NCBI GenBank assembly: GCA_035706005.1
Contig: DASSVO010000038.1
Coordinates: 1,192-65,191 of the forward strand
From: Gaiellaceae bacterium
GTDB taxonomy: Bacteria > Actinomycetota > Thermoleophilia > Gaiellales > Gaiellaceae
DNA: 64,000 nt
Reading direction: 5' to 3'
The notes under the pieces are model-generated. The model made no database searches. It saw nothing but the letters and a program-made list of their open reading frames with translations, and was not told where the DNA came from. This document shows, piece by piece, positions 1-8,736 of this stretch. Every line of letters starts with the position of its first letter. Within the stretch, counting starts at the first letter, position 1. The translations under genes and the position numbers were made by a program.

Positions 1-1
1 C

Positions 2-145
2 AACTCGTTCGCCGGCGTCACCGGCTACTCGGCCGGCCCGGGGTACGACCTCGCGAGCGGCCTGGGGACGATCGACGCCTCGAAGTTCGTCCCGGCACTA
101 GCGAACGCGGACGAACAAGGCGACCAGGACGGCAACAGCCAGTAG
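2..145 (+). CDS. 3' end of a peptidase gene cut by the window edge (S8/S53 sedolisin-like C-terminus)
   Basis: Frame open from the window edge to TAG 143-145. It translates NSFAGVTGYSAGPGYDLASGLGTIDASKFVPAL, which resembles the GYDLA[ST]GLG C-terminal block of S53 peptidases. Motif recalled from memory only. Confidence 0.4.
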   Translation, partial: NSFAGVTGYSAGPGYDLASGLGTIDASKFVPALANADEQGDQDGNSQ

Positions 146-160
146 GGCTGTCGCATCTGT

Positions 161-192
161 ATGGCGGCGCCTGCCTCGGCGGGCGCCGCCAT
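161..192 (+). terminator. GC-rich hairpin after the peptidase stop
   Basis: Perfect 11-bp inverted repeat ATGGCGGCGCC (161-171) / GGCGCCGCCAT (182-192) with a 10-nt loop. No U-tail follows. Confidence 0.4.
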
Positions 193-542
193 GCCCGACG
201 GACCACGCGGGCGGGTGAGCGGCTTCTCCCTCTAGGGCGTCAACGGCACGGGCGCCGTCGCCGGAATCCTGACCGGCTGGCTCTGCGCCCGGGCGGAACT
301 GAGCTCGCGTTCGTCGTCGCGGGACTGATCGGCATCGTGGCGGTAGGCGCGACGGCACTGAGCCTCGGCTGGAGGCCGCGCCTCGTCGCGCGGCGCCGCG
401 CCAACCAGCCGCAGCACGCTTGGAGCGCGCCTCAAGCAGGTTCAGGCTCCTTTCGGACCCTAGGGCTACCAAGATTGATCGGCGCTGCCTCGACAGTCGA
501 TCAACCCTATCCGTGCGTCCCACAGTCAACTATGGGCCAAGC

Positions 543-624
543 GGGGTTAGCGGGGTTAGCGGTGTTAACGGTGCTATCGCGGGGTTATCGAGGTCATCGG
601 GTTATCGGAGCTAACGGGGCTAAC
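543..624. repeat. Degenerate 9-bp tandem repeat (about 9 units, GGNGYTANC)
   Basis: Units read GGGGTTAGC x2, GGTGTTAAC, GGTGCTATC, GGGGTTATC, GAGGTCATC, GGGTTATC, GGAGCTAAC, GGGGCTAAC. The array sits in a locally lower-GC non-coding stretch upstream of the 767 gene. Confidence 0.8.
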
Positions 625-766
625 GCGGTTGGCGAATCCCGCAACAGAAACCGACTATCGCTACTTATGCCATTTTTCGTCAAGCGTCAGTCGTACTTGC
701 AGAAGTCTGTCATAACCCCTAGACTTATGCGAGTCTTCTACTCGCAACGAAGGCGCTTTTCTATCT

Positions 767-2428
767 ATGGCATACAGTCGCAATCGATTACCTCTCTTCC
801 ATCCGGACTCACGAGCAGCCCTACCTGTCTCGATGACGGAAGAGGAGTTCGCCAGACACTTCCCTCGGGAGAGCGCCTACATCGAGTTCAAGGCCGGCGT
901 CGGTGGCCGCGCGATCCAGCGCACCGCAACGGCGTTCTCCAACTCCGACGGCGGGATCATTCTCTTTGGAGTGACTGATGGCGGCGAGGTCATCGGCAAG
1001 AGCCTCACTCCCGGCGTCGAGACCGTCATAACGCAAGCCCTGCTGGAGGTCCACGATCCCGGACGCTTCTGGCTTCACGAGGTCAGCGTTGACGATATCC
1101 CGGTAACGGTTCTGGCGGTTGCGAGGCGTACGCACGGGTTCGCTCAGACCTCCGACGGACAGGTGATGGTCCGACACGGTGCGCACACAGCCCCTTTGCT
1201 TGGTGCCGAACTCCTGCAGTTCCTCGGGGAGAGGCAGCTAACAAGGTTCGACTCGACCGCTGCCCATATTCCTGTCGAGGACATCGACGAGGACGCAGTC
1301 GACAGCGTGAAACGGGCGTATGGTTGGCGCCGCGTATCAACCGAGCGACTGCGAAACGAGGGACTCGTCATCGGGGATGACGACGTGGCCGAGTTGACGG
1401 TCGCAGGCGTGCTGACACTGACTGCCGAGCCCGAGGATGTCCTCGGCAAAAGCTTCGTCGAGGTCCTCAGATATCCCGACGAGGGCGTCGACTACAACCG
1501 CCGAATCGAGATCACCGGCCCTGTCCAGGATCAGGTAGCGCGCGCAACTGAAGAAGTCATGGACGAACTCGGAACCGATCTTGTCATCAGCGGCATAAGA
1601 CGCTTGGAACTGCCGAAGCTCCCCCGTGTCGTGGTCCGCGAGGCGGTCGCCAATGCTGTCGCTCATCGAAGCTACGAAGAGCATGGACGGGCGATCCGCA
1701 TTGAGCTCCGCCCTGACCGGGTCGTCATCCAATCGCCTGGCGGCCTGCCCGAACCTGTTACCGAAGAGAACATCCGAGAGACGCAGTTCGCGCGGAACAT
1801 CAATGTCATCAAAGTCTTGCGTCGCGTTGGTCTCGCTGAGGACAGCGGGCGCGGCGTCGATGTGATGATCGACTCGATGGCCGAGGCGCTTCTAGACCCT
1901 CCCACCTTCCGCGACCAGGGGCATTCAGTTGAGGTTGTCCTTCCCGTCCGTGGAGCGATCAGCCCACAGGAGAGGGCCTGGATTCTCGAGATCGAGCAAC
2001 GTGGCGTTATCGGCCCGCGCGATCGACTTGTGCTCGTCCACGCGGCTCGTGGGGAGGAACTGACAAACGAGGACGTCCGCGAAATGCTGGGCGTCGACAG
2101 TCGGGACGCTCGGGCCGCGCTGCGCCGTCTCAGGGACGCAGGATTCCTTGAGCAGCTAGGCGAACGCGGGGGATCGCGGTACGTGCTCGCCGAGTCCGTG
2201 GGGGCGCCGCTCGCGTTGCGGATGAGTCCGCACGCACTCCGTCGGCTGGTCCTCTCACTCGCAGAAGATGGGCCAATTACGAACACGTCCGTGCGCGAGG
2301 CAACCGGACTTGATCGCACGGAAGCGCTCAGACTGCTAGAGGCGCTCGTCCGCGAAGGGAAGATCGTTCGACGTGGCGAGCGCCGGGGTTCCTACTACCT
2401 TCTGGCGTCGCAGCGTCTGCCTAGTTAA
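767..2428 (+). CDS. AlbA_2 (Schlafen-like) + HATPase_c_4 + winged-helix putative DNA-binding ATPase/regulator
   Basis: 553-aa ORF. N-terminus ESAYIEFKAG...GGIILFGVTDGGEVIG matches the AlbA_2 style, a central block reads REAVANAVAHRSY...GGLP, and there are C-terminal wHTH-like repeats. The start may instead be ATG 833 (MTEEEF). Confidence 0.7.
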   Translation: MAYSRNRLPLFHPDSRAALPVSMTEEEFARHFPRESAYIEFKAGVGGRAIQRTATAFSNSDGGIILFGVTDGGEVIGKSLTPGVETVITQALLEVHDPGRFWLHEVSVDDIPVTVLAVARRTHGFAQTSDGQVMVRHGAHTAPLLGAELLQFLGERQLTRFDSTAAHIPVEDIDEDAVDSVKRAYGWRRVSTERLRNEGLVIGDDDVAELTVAGVLTLTAEPEDVLGKSFVEVLRYPDEGVDYNRRIEITGPVQDQVARATEEVMDELGTDLVISGIRRLELPKLPRVVVREAVANAVAHRSYEEHGRAIRIELRPDRVVIQSPGGLPEPVTEENIRETQFARNINVIKVLRRVGLAEDSGRGVDVMIDSMAEALLDPPTFRDQGHSVEVVLPVRGAISPQERAWILEIEQRGVIGPRDRLVLVHAARGEELTNEDVREMLGVDSRDARAALRRLRDAGFLEQLGERGGSRYVLAESVGAPLALRMSPHALRRLVLSLAEDGPITNTSVREATGLDRTEALRLLEALVREGKIVRRGERRGSYYLLASQRLPS

Positions 2429-3434
2429 CGACCCAGGTCTCGCCGGAGTGGAGTAGCTCGGCGAGATCGCCCTTGCCCTTCTTCTCCTCGGCGGCCTTCA
2501 GCTGCTCCGCCATCAGGTCGTCGTAGACCGGGCGCTCGACGTTGCGGAAGATCCCGACCGGCGTGCCTCCGTGCGTCGCCTGCGTCACGCGCGACAGCGC
2601 GAACGCGACCGACGGGAACTCGTGCTCCGTGTCGTGCACGAGCACGCCCGCGTCCTCGGACGCACACGCCTCGATCGAGCCGTCCGAACGCTGCCGCAAC
2701 GCCTTATCGCCGTCCTTGCCCCACGTGATCGGCTCGCCGTGGCGGAGGGCGATCCGATTCACGCCCTCCTTGTCGTCGCGGACGTAGTCGAAAGCGTCGT
2801 CGTTGAAGATCGGGCAGTTCTGGAAGATCTCGACGAACGCGCTGCCGCGGTGCTGGGCCGCGGCGCGCAGCACCTCGGTCATCCCCTTCTTGTCGGTGTC
2901 GATCGCGCGCGCGACGAACGTCGCCTCGGCGCCGACCGCGAGCGAGATCGGGTTGAAGGGCCAGTCGATGGAGCCCATCGGCGTCGACTTCGTCCGCATC
3001 CCGAGCTCGCTCGTCGGCGAGTACTGCCCCTTCGTCAACCCGTAGACTCGGTTGTTGAAGAGCAGGATCTTGAAGTTGACGTTGCGCCGGAGCGCGTGGA
3101 TCAGGTGGTTGCCGCCGATCGAGAGCGCGTCGCCGTCGCCCGTCACGACCCAGACCGACAGGTCGGCCCGCGTCGTCGCGAGGCCGGTCGCGATCGCCGG
3201 CGCGCGGCCGTGGATCGAGTGCATCCCGTACGTGTTCATGTAGTACGGGAAGCGCGCCGCGCAGCCAATCCCGCTGATGAAGACGGTGTTCTCGCGCTCG
3301 ATCCCGAGCTCGGGCATGAACGACTGGAGCGCGGCGAGGATCGCGTAGTCGCCGCAGCCCGGGCACCAGCGCACCTCCTGGTCGGTGCGGAAGTCCTTCG
3401 CGGTCAGCTGGCCGTTGCCGTTGCCCTCGGTCAT
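2421..3434 (-). CDS. korB: 2-oxoglutarate:ferredoxin oxidoreductase beta subunit
   Basis: MTEGNGNGQLTAKDFRTDQEVRWCPGCGDYAIL...GDGDALSIGGNHL carries the TPP-binding motif. The ATG at 3434 overlaps the korA stop (ATGA). The rest of track ORF 2421..4766 is off-frame junk. Confidence 0.9.
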   Translation of the reverse strand: MTEGNGNGQLTAKDFRTDQEVRWCPGCGDYAILAALQSFMPELGIERENTVFISGIGCAARFPYYMNTYGMHSIHGRAPAIATGLATTRADLSVWVVTGDGDALSIGGNHLIHALRRNVNFKILLFNNRVYGLTKGQYSPTSELGMRTKSTPMGSIDWPFNPISLAVGAEATFVARAIDTDKKGMTEVLRAAAQHRGSAFVEIFQNCPIFNDDAFDYVRDDKEGVNRIALRHGEPITWGKDGDKALRQRSDGSIEACASEDAGVLVHDTEHEFPSVAFALSRVTQATHGGTPVGIFRNVERPVYDDLMAEQLKAAEEKKGKGDLAELLHSGETWVVN

Positions 3435-5287
3435 GCCGCGTCCACCAGGGCCTCGGCCGCCTCCGCCACCTCCGCCGCGCGCAGCGGGAAGCCGCGGACG
3501 TGGTTGTAGCCGATCGCATCGACGAGGAACTGCGACCGGACGAGCTGGAGGAGCTGGCCGAGGTTCATCTCCGGGATGAGCACCTTGTCGTAGCGGCGCA
3601 GCACCTCGCCGGTGTCGCGCGGGAACGGGTTGACGTGGCGCAGGTGCGCGTGCGCGACCTGCTTGCCGTTCGCGCGGACGCGCCGCGCGGCCGCCGCGAC
3701 CGGGCCGTACGTGCCGCCCCAGCTGAGCACGAGCAGCTTCGCCTCCCCGCTCGGGTCGTCCACCTCGAGCTCCGGGATGTCGCCGGCGATCCCCGCGACC
3801 TTCTGCGCGCGCAGCCGCGTCATCAGGTCGTGGTTCTCGGGGTCGTAGGAGATGTTGCCGGTGCGGTCCGCCTTCTCGAGGCCGCCGATCCGGTGCTCGA
3901 GCCCCTTCGTCCCGGGCAGCGCCCACGGCCGCGCGAGCGTCTGCTCGTCGCGCAGGTACGGCAGAAACTCCTCGCCGGCATTGGGCTCGGTCGCGAAGGT
4001 CGGAGTCAGGTCGGGCAGCGAGTCGAGATCGGGGAGGAGCCACGGCTCGGAGCCGTTCGCGAGATAGGCGTCGGAGAGGAGGTAGACCGGCGTCCGGTAT
4101 TTGAGGGCGATCCGCACCGCCTCGATCGCGGCGTGGAAGCAGTCGGAGGGCGAGCCGGCCGCGACGACCGGCACCGGCGACTCGCTGTTCCTGCCGTACA
4201 TGACCATGAGCAGGTCGCCCTGCTCCGGCTTCGTCGGCATCCCGGTCGACGGGCCGGCGCGCTGGATGTCGCAGATCACCAGCGGCAGCTCGAGCATGAT
4301 CGCGAGGCCCACCGTCTCGGCCTTGAGGACGATGCCCGGTCCCGCCGACGTCGTGACGCCGAGCGCGCCGCCGAACGCGGCTCCGACAGCGGCGCCCGCA
4401 GCTGCGATCTCGTCCTCCGCCTGGAAGGTGCGGACGCCGAAGTGCTTGTAGCCCGCGAGCTCCTCGAGGATCGAGCTCGCCGGCGTGATCGGGTAGGCGC
4501 CGAGGAAGAGCGGCAGCCCGGACAGCCGCGACGCGGCGACGAGGCCGAGCGAGAGCGCCTGGTTGCCCGTGATGTTCCGGTACGTCCCCGGCGCGAGCTG
4601 CGCCGGCTTGACCTCGTAGGTGACCGCGAAGGACTCCGTCGTCTCGCCGAACGCGTAGCCGGCGCGGAGGGCCTTGACGTTGGCGGCCGCGATTTCGGGC
4701 CGCTTCGCGCCGAACTTCGCCTCGAGGAACTCGATCGTCGGCTTGATCGAGCGCCCGTACAGCCACGACATGAGCCCGAGCGCGAACATGTTCTTCGAGC
4801 GCTCGGCCTCGCGCGGCGTCACGCCTTCGATCTCCTTCAGCGCGCCGACGGTCAGCGACGTCAGCGGCACCTCGTGCACCTGGTACTCGTCGAGCGAGCC
4901 GTCCTCGAGCGGGCTCTGCGCGTACCCGGCCTTCTGCAGGTTCCGCTCGGTGAAGGCGTCGGCGTCGACGATCAGCGTCCCGCCCCTCGGCAAGTCGGCG
5001 AGGTTCGTCTTCAGCGCCGCCGGGTTCATCGCGACGAGCACGTTGGGCGCGTCGCCCGGCGTGAGGATGTCGTGGTCGGCGAAGTGGAGCTGGAAGCCCG
5101 AGACGCCGGGCAGCGAGCCGGCAGGCGCGCGGATCTCGGCCGGGAAGTCCGGCAGCGTCGAGATGTCGTTGCCGAGCAGCGCCGCCTCGTTGGTGAACTG
5201 CGAACCGGTGAGCTGCATGCCGTCGCCGGAGTCGCCCGCGAACCGGACGATGACCTGGGAGAGCTGCTCGACGGGCTTGCTGCTCAT
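3431..5287 (-). CDS. korA: 2-oxoglutarate:ferredoxin oxidoreductase alpha subunit
   Basis: 618 aa beginning VIVRFAGDSGDGMQLTGSQF..., typical of actinobacterial KorA. Confidence 0.9.
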   Translation of the reverse strand: MSSKPVEQLSQVIVRFAGDSGDGMQLTGSQFTNEAALLGNDISTLPDFPAEIRAPAGSLPGVSGFQLHFADHDILTPGDAPNVLVAMNPAALKTNLADLPRGGTLIVDADAFTERNLQKAGYAQSPLEDGSLDEYQVHEVPLTSLTVGALKEIEGVTPREAERSKNMFALGLMSWLYGRSIKPTIEFLEAKFGAKRPEIAAANVKALRAGYAFGETTESFAVTYEVKPAQLAPGTYRNITGNQALSLGLVAASRLSGLPLFLGAYPITPASSILEELAGYKHFGVRTFQAEDEIAAAGAAVGAAFGGALGVTTSAGPGIVLKAETVGLAIMLELPLVICDIQRAGPSTGMPTKPEQGDLLMVMYGRNSESPVPVVAAGSPSDCFHAAIEAVRIALKYRTPVYLLSDAYLANGSEPWLLPDLDSLPDLTPTFATEPNAGEEFLPYLRDEQTLARPWALPGTKGLEHRIGGLEKADRTGNISYDPENHDLMTRLRAQKVAGIAGDIPELEVDDPSGEAKLLVLSWGGTYGPVAAAARRVRANGKQVAHAHLRHVNPFPRDTGEVLRRYDKVLIPEMNLGQLLQLVRSQFLVDAIGYNHVRGFPLRAAEVAEAAEALVDAA

Positions 5288-5369
5288 GTCCTACCGGCAG
5301 GTATAGCGCACGTCCCGGCCTCTCGGGACATGTAGCGCAGGAGACCGCCGAATCCGGGCGGCCTTCGAG

Positions 5370-5603
5370 CTAGTGGCAGTCGGGCAGGTCCTCGAGACTG
5401 CTGCGATCGGTGAGGTCGATCTCCGCCTGCTCGCCGGTCACCGGGCTGACGACGTAGAGGCGATGTCCCGCTTCGATCGCGTGCCGGGCCTGTTCGAGAG
5501 TCCAGCGGTCGTCGTAGATGGCCCCGTTCCCCGATTCGGAGTACCCGACGGCTTCGACCCCCTCGTTGCCGAGGACGACGCAGATGATCCGGTACTCGGC
5601 CAA
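5370..5603 (-). CDS. DUF3892-like small protein
   Basis: 77 aa ending in LEDLPDC. Paralogue of the adjacent ORF. Confidence 0.6.
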   Translation of the reverse strand: MAEYRIICVVLGNEGVEAVGYSESGNGAIYDDRWTLEQARHAIEAGHRLYVVSPVTGEQAEIDLTDRSSLEDLPDCH

Positions 5604-5610
5604 CGGTCTG

Positions 5611-5883
5611 TCAGCGACGGCAGTCCGGCAGCGCCAGCAGGTTGTCGGGCACGTAGTCGTCGATCGTGGTCTTCAGGTACTTCCGCCCCCGGTGGGTCGA
5701 GACGGCGACCTGCACGGCGCGGGAACCGACGGTCACGAAGTACGAGTTCGTCCAGCGCTCGATGTCGCGGATGACCTCGTCCTCGGCCTTGTACCACCCG
5801 CTGCCACCGAGGGCCCGGATCCTCTCGTGCGGGTCGTAGTGGTCGGGCATCTTCGTGATGCAGGTCACCTCGAGATGCGCCAC
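5611..5883 (-). CDS. DUF3892 domain protein
   Basis: 90 aa: VTCITKMPDHYDPHERIRALGG...YFVTVG...YLKTTIDDYVPDNLLALPDC, the DUF3892 pattern as I recall it. Confidence 0.7.
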   Translation of the reverse strand: MAHLEVTCITKMPDHYDPHERIRALGGSGWYKAEDEVIRDIERWTNSYFVTVGSRAVQVAVSTHRGRKYLKTTIDDYVPDNLLALPDCRR

Positions 5884-5994
5884 GCCGTCCTCCCTCTCCG
5901 CCGCATTCAGACATTAGACACTACATCCGAGAGCGTTTCTAGACTCCTGTCACCCTGGCCGGGGCTGTAGCCAAACGAGCGAAAGGACAGTCCC

Positions 5995-6081
5995 GTGAAG
6001 GCACGGATTACCTTCCTGGCCGTCATCCTCGGCGCGGTTGCGCTCGCGCTGATCGTGGCCGACGGCACCGTCTGGCCCTAG
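5995..6081 (+). CDS. 28-aa signal-peptide-like small ORF (candidate pro-peptide)
   Basis: GTG 5995 lies 7 nt after AAAGGA. It translates (M)KARITFLAVILGAVALALIVADGTVWP and ends at TAG 6079-6081. An in-frame stop lies upstream at 5968. Too short for the ORF track. Confidence 0.35.
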   Translation: MKARITFLAVILGAVALALIVADGTVWP

Positions 6082-6099
6082 GCGTCCAGACAGATCGCA

Positions 6100-6129
6100 G
6101 GCGGCGGCGAGCAATTCGGCGCCGCCGCC
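6100..6129 (+). terminator. 10-bp GC hairpin between the small ORF and the regulator
   Basis: GGCGGCGGCG (6100-6109) / CGCCGCCGCC (6120-6129), followed by GCTCTCCTT. Confidence 0.35.
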
Positions 6130-6174
6130 GCTCTCCTTGAGGACCGACTGTGCTGACTGTAGTCTCCAAGCGAG

Positions 6175-7467
6175 ATGCCGAGGCGACCCTCAACGCACGT
6201 CGACAGTGCGGCTGCAGTCGGGGAGCGGCTTGCGGCAGCGAGGAACGCTGCGGGGCTGACGCAGCGCCAGCTTTCGTTCCCCGGCTGCACTGCGGCCTAC
6301 ATCTCGCGGATCGAGGCGGGAGCCCGAATTCCCTCGTACCAGATCCTGCGCGAGTTCGGAAAGCGGCTCGGTGTCAGTGCGGACTACCTGGCGACCGGCG
6401 TCGAGGAGGCCGGGCTCGTGGACGAGCTGTTCGAGGCGGAGGTCGCGCTTCGGCTCGACGACCTCGAGCAGGCGGAGCGTCTGTATCGACGCCTCCGGCG
6501 GAGCTCCGAGCCCGACGCGGTCGCCGTCGCGCAGGCCGACGCGGGCCTCGGGCAAGTCGCGTTGCGCCGCGGAGAGACGAGCGAGGCTATCGACCTGCTC
6601 GAGGCAGCGTCTGCAGCCGCGCTCCCGGCTCGCGAGGCGGAGACGGTGGCCGAGGCGCTGGGCAGGGCGTATGCAGCGCAAGGGCGCTTCGCGGACGCGT
6701 TCGACGTCTTCGGCCGCACCCTCGACTCGGCCAAGGAGCGGAAGGACCGCATGCTGATGCTCCGCTTCAGTGTGCTGCTCGCAAACGCCCTGATCGACTG
6801 CGGCCGCTTCGACCATGCCGAGGAGGTGCTCGGCGACGCGGTCGATCTCGCGCGGCGGACCCTCGACCCGAGGCTCAGGGCGGATCTGTACTGGTCGCAG
6901 TCGCGCCTCTACTCCTCCGAGGGGAGCCCCGATCTCGCTGCCCGGTACGCGCAGCTGACGATCTCGACGCTCCAGGACACCGAGCACACGGTGCAGGCCG
7001 CGCGCGCGCTCTTGCTCCTGGCGCAGATCGAGAACGACCGCGACCACGCGCAGGAGGCGCTCGACCTTCTCGAGGAGGGGGAACCGGCAATCCGAGCGGC
7101 GGGGAGCGCCGCGGACCGGGCGATGGTCGTGTTCGAACGCGCCCGCGCGCTCGAGGGCCTCGGCGAGGCCGAGGAGGCAGCGAGCCTCGTGCTCGGCTCG
7201 GTCGCTGCGCTTGCAGAAGCATCCCCGGTCACCGCCGCTCGCGGCTACGCCGGCGCGGCCGGCTTCTTCCGCTCGCGCGGAGACGACGCCAAGGCGCTGG
7301 AGCTCTACGAGCTCGCGGCCGAGCAGTTCCCCGCGCGCGACCGGCACCTCGCGGACGTCCTGACCGCGATGGCGGAGATCCACGAGGCGCGCGGCGACAC
7401 GGCGGAGGCGCTGCGCCTGCTCAAATCCGCGATGGCCGCGAGAAGCGGCTTGCGCAGCGACGAGTAG
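6175..7467 (+). CDS. HTH-XRE + TPR transcriptional regulator
   Basis: 430 aa. N-terminal GERLAAARNAAGLTQRQLS...YISRIEAGARIPS is an XRE-type HTH. The remainder is Ala/Leu/Glu-rich TPR-like repeats. Paralogue of 21406..22755. Confidence 0.85.
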   Translation: MPRRPSTHVDSAAAVGERLAAARNAAGLTQRQLSFPGCTAAYISRIEAGARIPSYQILREFGKRLGVSADYLATGVEEAGLVDELFEAEVALRLDDLEQAERLYRRLRRSSEPDAVAVAQADAGLGQVALRRGETSEAIDLLEAASAAALPAREAETVAEALGRAYAAQGRFADAFDVFGRTLDSAKERKDRMLMLRFSVLLANALIDCGRFDHAEEVLGDAVDLARRTLDPRLRADLYWSQSRLYSSEGSPDLAARYAQLTISTLQDTEHTVQAARALLLLAQIENDRDHAQEALDLLEEGEPAIRAAGSAADRAMVVFERARALEGLGEAEEAASLVLGSVAALAEASPVTAARGYAGAAGFFRSRGDDAKALELYELAAEQFPARDRHLADVLTAMAEIHEARGDTAEALRLLKSAMAARSGLRSDE

Positions 7468-7482
7468 GCCGGACCACGGCGC

Positions 7483-8172
7483 TCAGCCCGGCGTCCGCGC
7501 GCGTAGGCACAAGCGGTAGCGGAACGTCTGGAAGCGGCGACCCAGGACCTTCTCGACGGGCTTCAGAACACGGAAGAAGCTCGCCTTCCACGCGGACCGC
7601 TCGACGACGAACCCGCAGGCCTGCAGGACCCCGACGAGCTCCGCGGCCGTCCGCAGGCCGATGTGCGTCGGATTCTGCGCCAGCACGAGGTTGCGCGCCT
7701 TGAGCCGCTCGATCAGATGGAGCGGGTTCGGCGTGTAGATCGAGAGGCTTCCGCCGGGAACGAGCACCCGCTGCAGCTCTCCCAGCATCGCGCGGAACGT
7801 CGAGTCGTCGAGATGCTCCACTAGGTCCCCGGCTACGGCCTTGTCGAAGGAGGCCGCCGCGAAGGGCAGCTCCGCGACACTCGCCTGCTCGAACTCGAGC
7901 TCGGGGAACAGCGATCGCGCCCTGACGATCGCTCGCTCCTCCGAGTCGACGCCGACCACCGTCGCGCCGAAGCCGGAGAAGTAGTGCGTGAGCGCGCCCG
8001 CGGCGCAGCCGAGATCGACGATCCGGTCGCCCGCCGCCGGCTCGACGAGCTCGCGCAGCGCTCCGAGCCTTAGCTCCGTCCACGGAGTCTGTTCCAGATA
8101 CTCGCTCGCCATCGTGTCCATGAAGGTCTCGTCGTACTCCGACGGGGACCGTCGAAAGGCGAGGCGGCGCAT
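7483..8172 (-). CDS. Class I SAM-dependent methyltransferase
   Basis: Motif I reads DRIVDLGCAAGALT. The ATG at 8172 (MRRLAFRR) is in frame with track ORF 7483..8574. An alternative ATG lies at 8121. Confidence 0.8.
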   Translation of the reverse strand: MRRLAFRRSPSEYDETFMDTMASEYLEQTPWTELRLGALRELVEPAAGDRIVDLGCAAGALTHYFSGFGATVVGVDSEERAIVRARSLFPELEFEQASVAELPFAAASFDKAVAGDLVEHLDDSTFRAMLGELQRVLVPGGSLSIYTPNPLHLIERLKARNLVLAQNPTHIGLRTAAELVGVLQACGFVVERSAWKASFFRVLKPVEKVLGRRFQTFRYRLCLRARTPG

Positions 8173-8217
8173 CGGCGCACGGTATCCGGGATCGCTCTGC
8201 AGGAGTACGATCGCCGC

Positions 8218-8733
8218 GTGGAACCGACTCCTGCTCCGACCGAGGCGACGCCCCGCCCGATCGATCCCGGCGTGGACATCGGCCATGTTCATCTGAAGGT
8301 GTCGGACATCGACCGGGCGCTCGAGTTCTACTGCGGCGTGCTCGGTTTCGAGGTCATGGCCCGCATGGGCGACCAGGCGGCCTTCATCTCCGCGGGCGGC
8401 TACCACCACCACCTCGGTCTGAACACGTGGGAGTCGAAAGGCGGCGCACCCCCGCCGCCCGGCACGACGGGCCTGTACCACACGGCGATTCGCTACCCCG
8501 ACCGGCGCACGCTCGCGGATGCGCTGCAGCGCGTGCTCGACGCCGGTGTCCCGCTCGACGGAGCGAGCGATCACGGCGTCAGCGAGGCCCTCTACCTCCG
8601 CGATCCCGACTCGAACGGCGTCGAGCTCTACCGCGACCGGCCGCAGGAGGAATGGCCGCGCACGGAGGACGGCGAGTTCACGATGTTCACGAAGCCGCTC
8701 GACCTGGGCGGCCTCCTCGCCGAGCTCGGCTAG
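8218..8733 (+). CDS. VOC (glyoxalase/dioxygenase) family protein
   Basis: IGHVHLKVSDIDRALEFYCGVLGFEV...GYHHHLGLNTW...SEALYLRDPDSNGVELY. GTG start. Confidence 0.85.
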   Translation: MEPTPAPTEATPRPIDPGVDIGHVHLKVSDIDRALEFYCGVLGFEVMARMGDQAAFISAGGYHHHLGLNTWESKGGAPPPPGTTGLYHTAIRYPDRRTLADALQRVLDAGVPLDGASDHGVSEALYLRDPDSNGVELYRDRPQEEWPRTEDGEFTMFTKPLDLGGLLAELG

Positions 8734-8736
8734 CTC

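Noticed and set aside
380-480. Possible tRNA or attachment site preceding the lower-GC patch
   Set aside because: A GGTTCAGGCTCC string looked like a T-loop, but the flanking stems and an acceptor arm cannot be formed. No integrase is nearby.
543-624. CRISPR array or coding collagen-like repeat
   Set aside because: The units are 9 bp with no spacers. Track ORF 420..614, which spans the array, has no start context and non-coding composition.
6150-7703. 517-aa plus-strand ORF, plus several ORFs of more than 100 aa overlapping the XRE-TPR gene
   Set aside because: They are off-frame Arg/Gly/Pro junk. The 6175 frame carries the HTH and TPR signatures.
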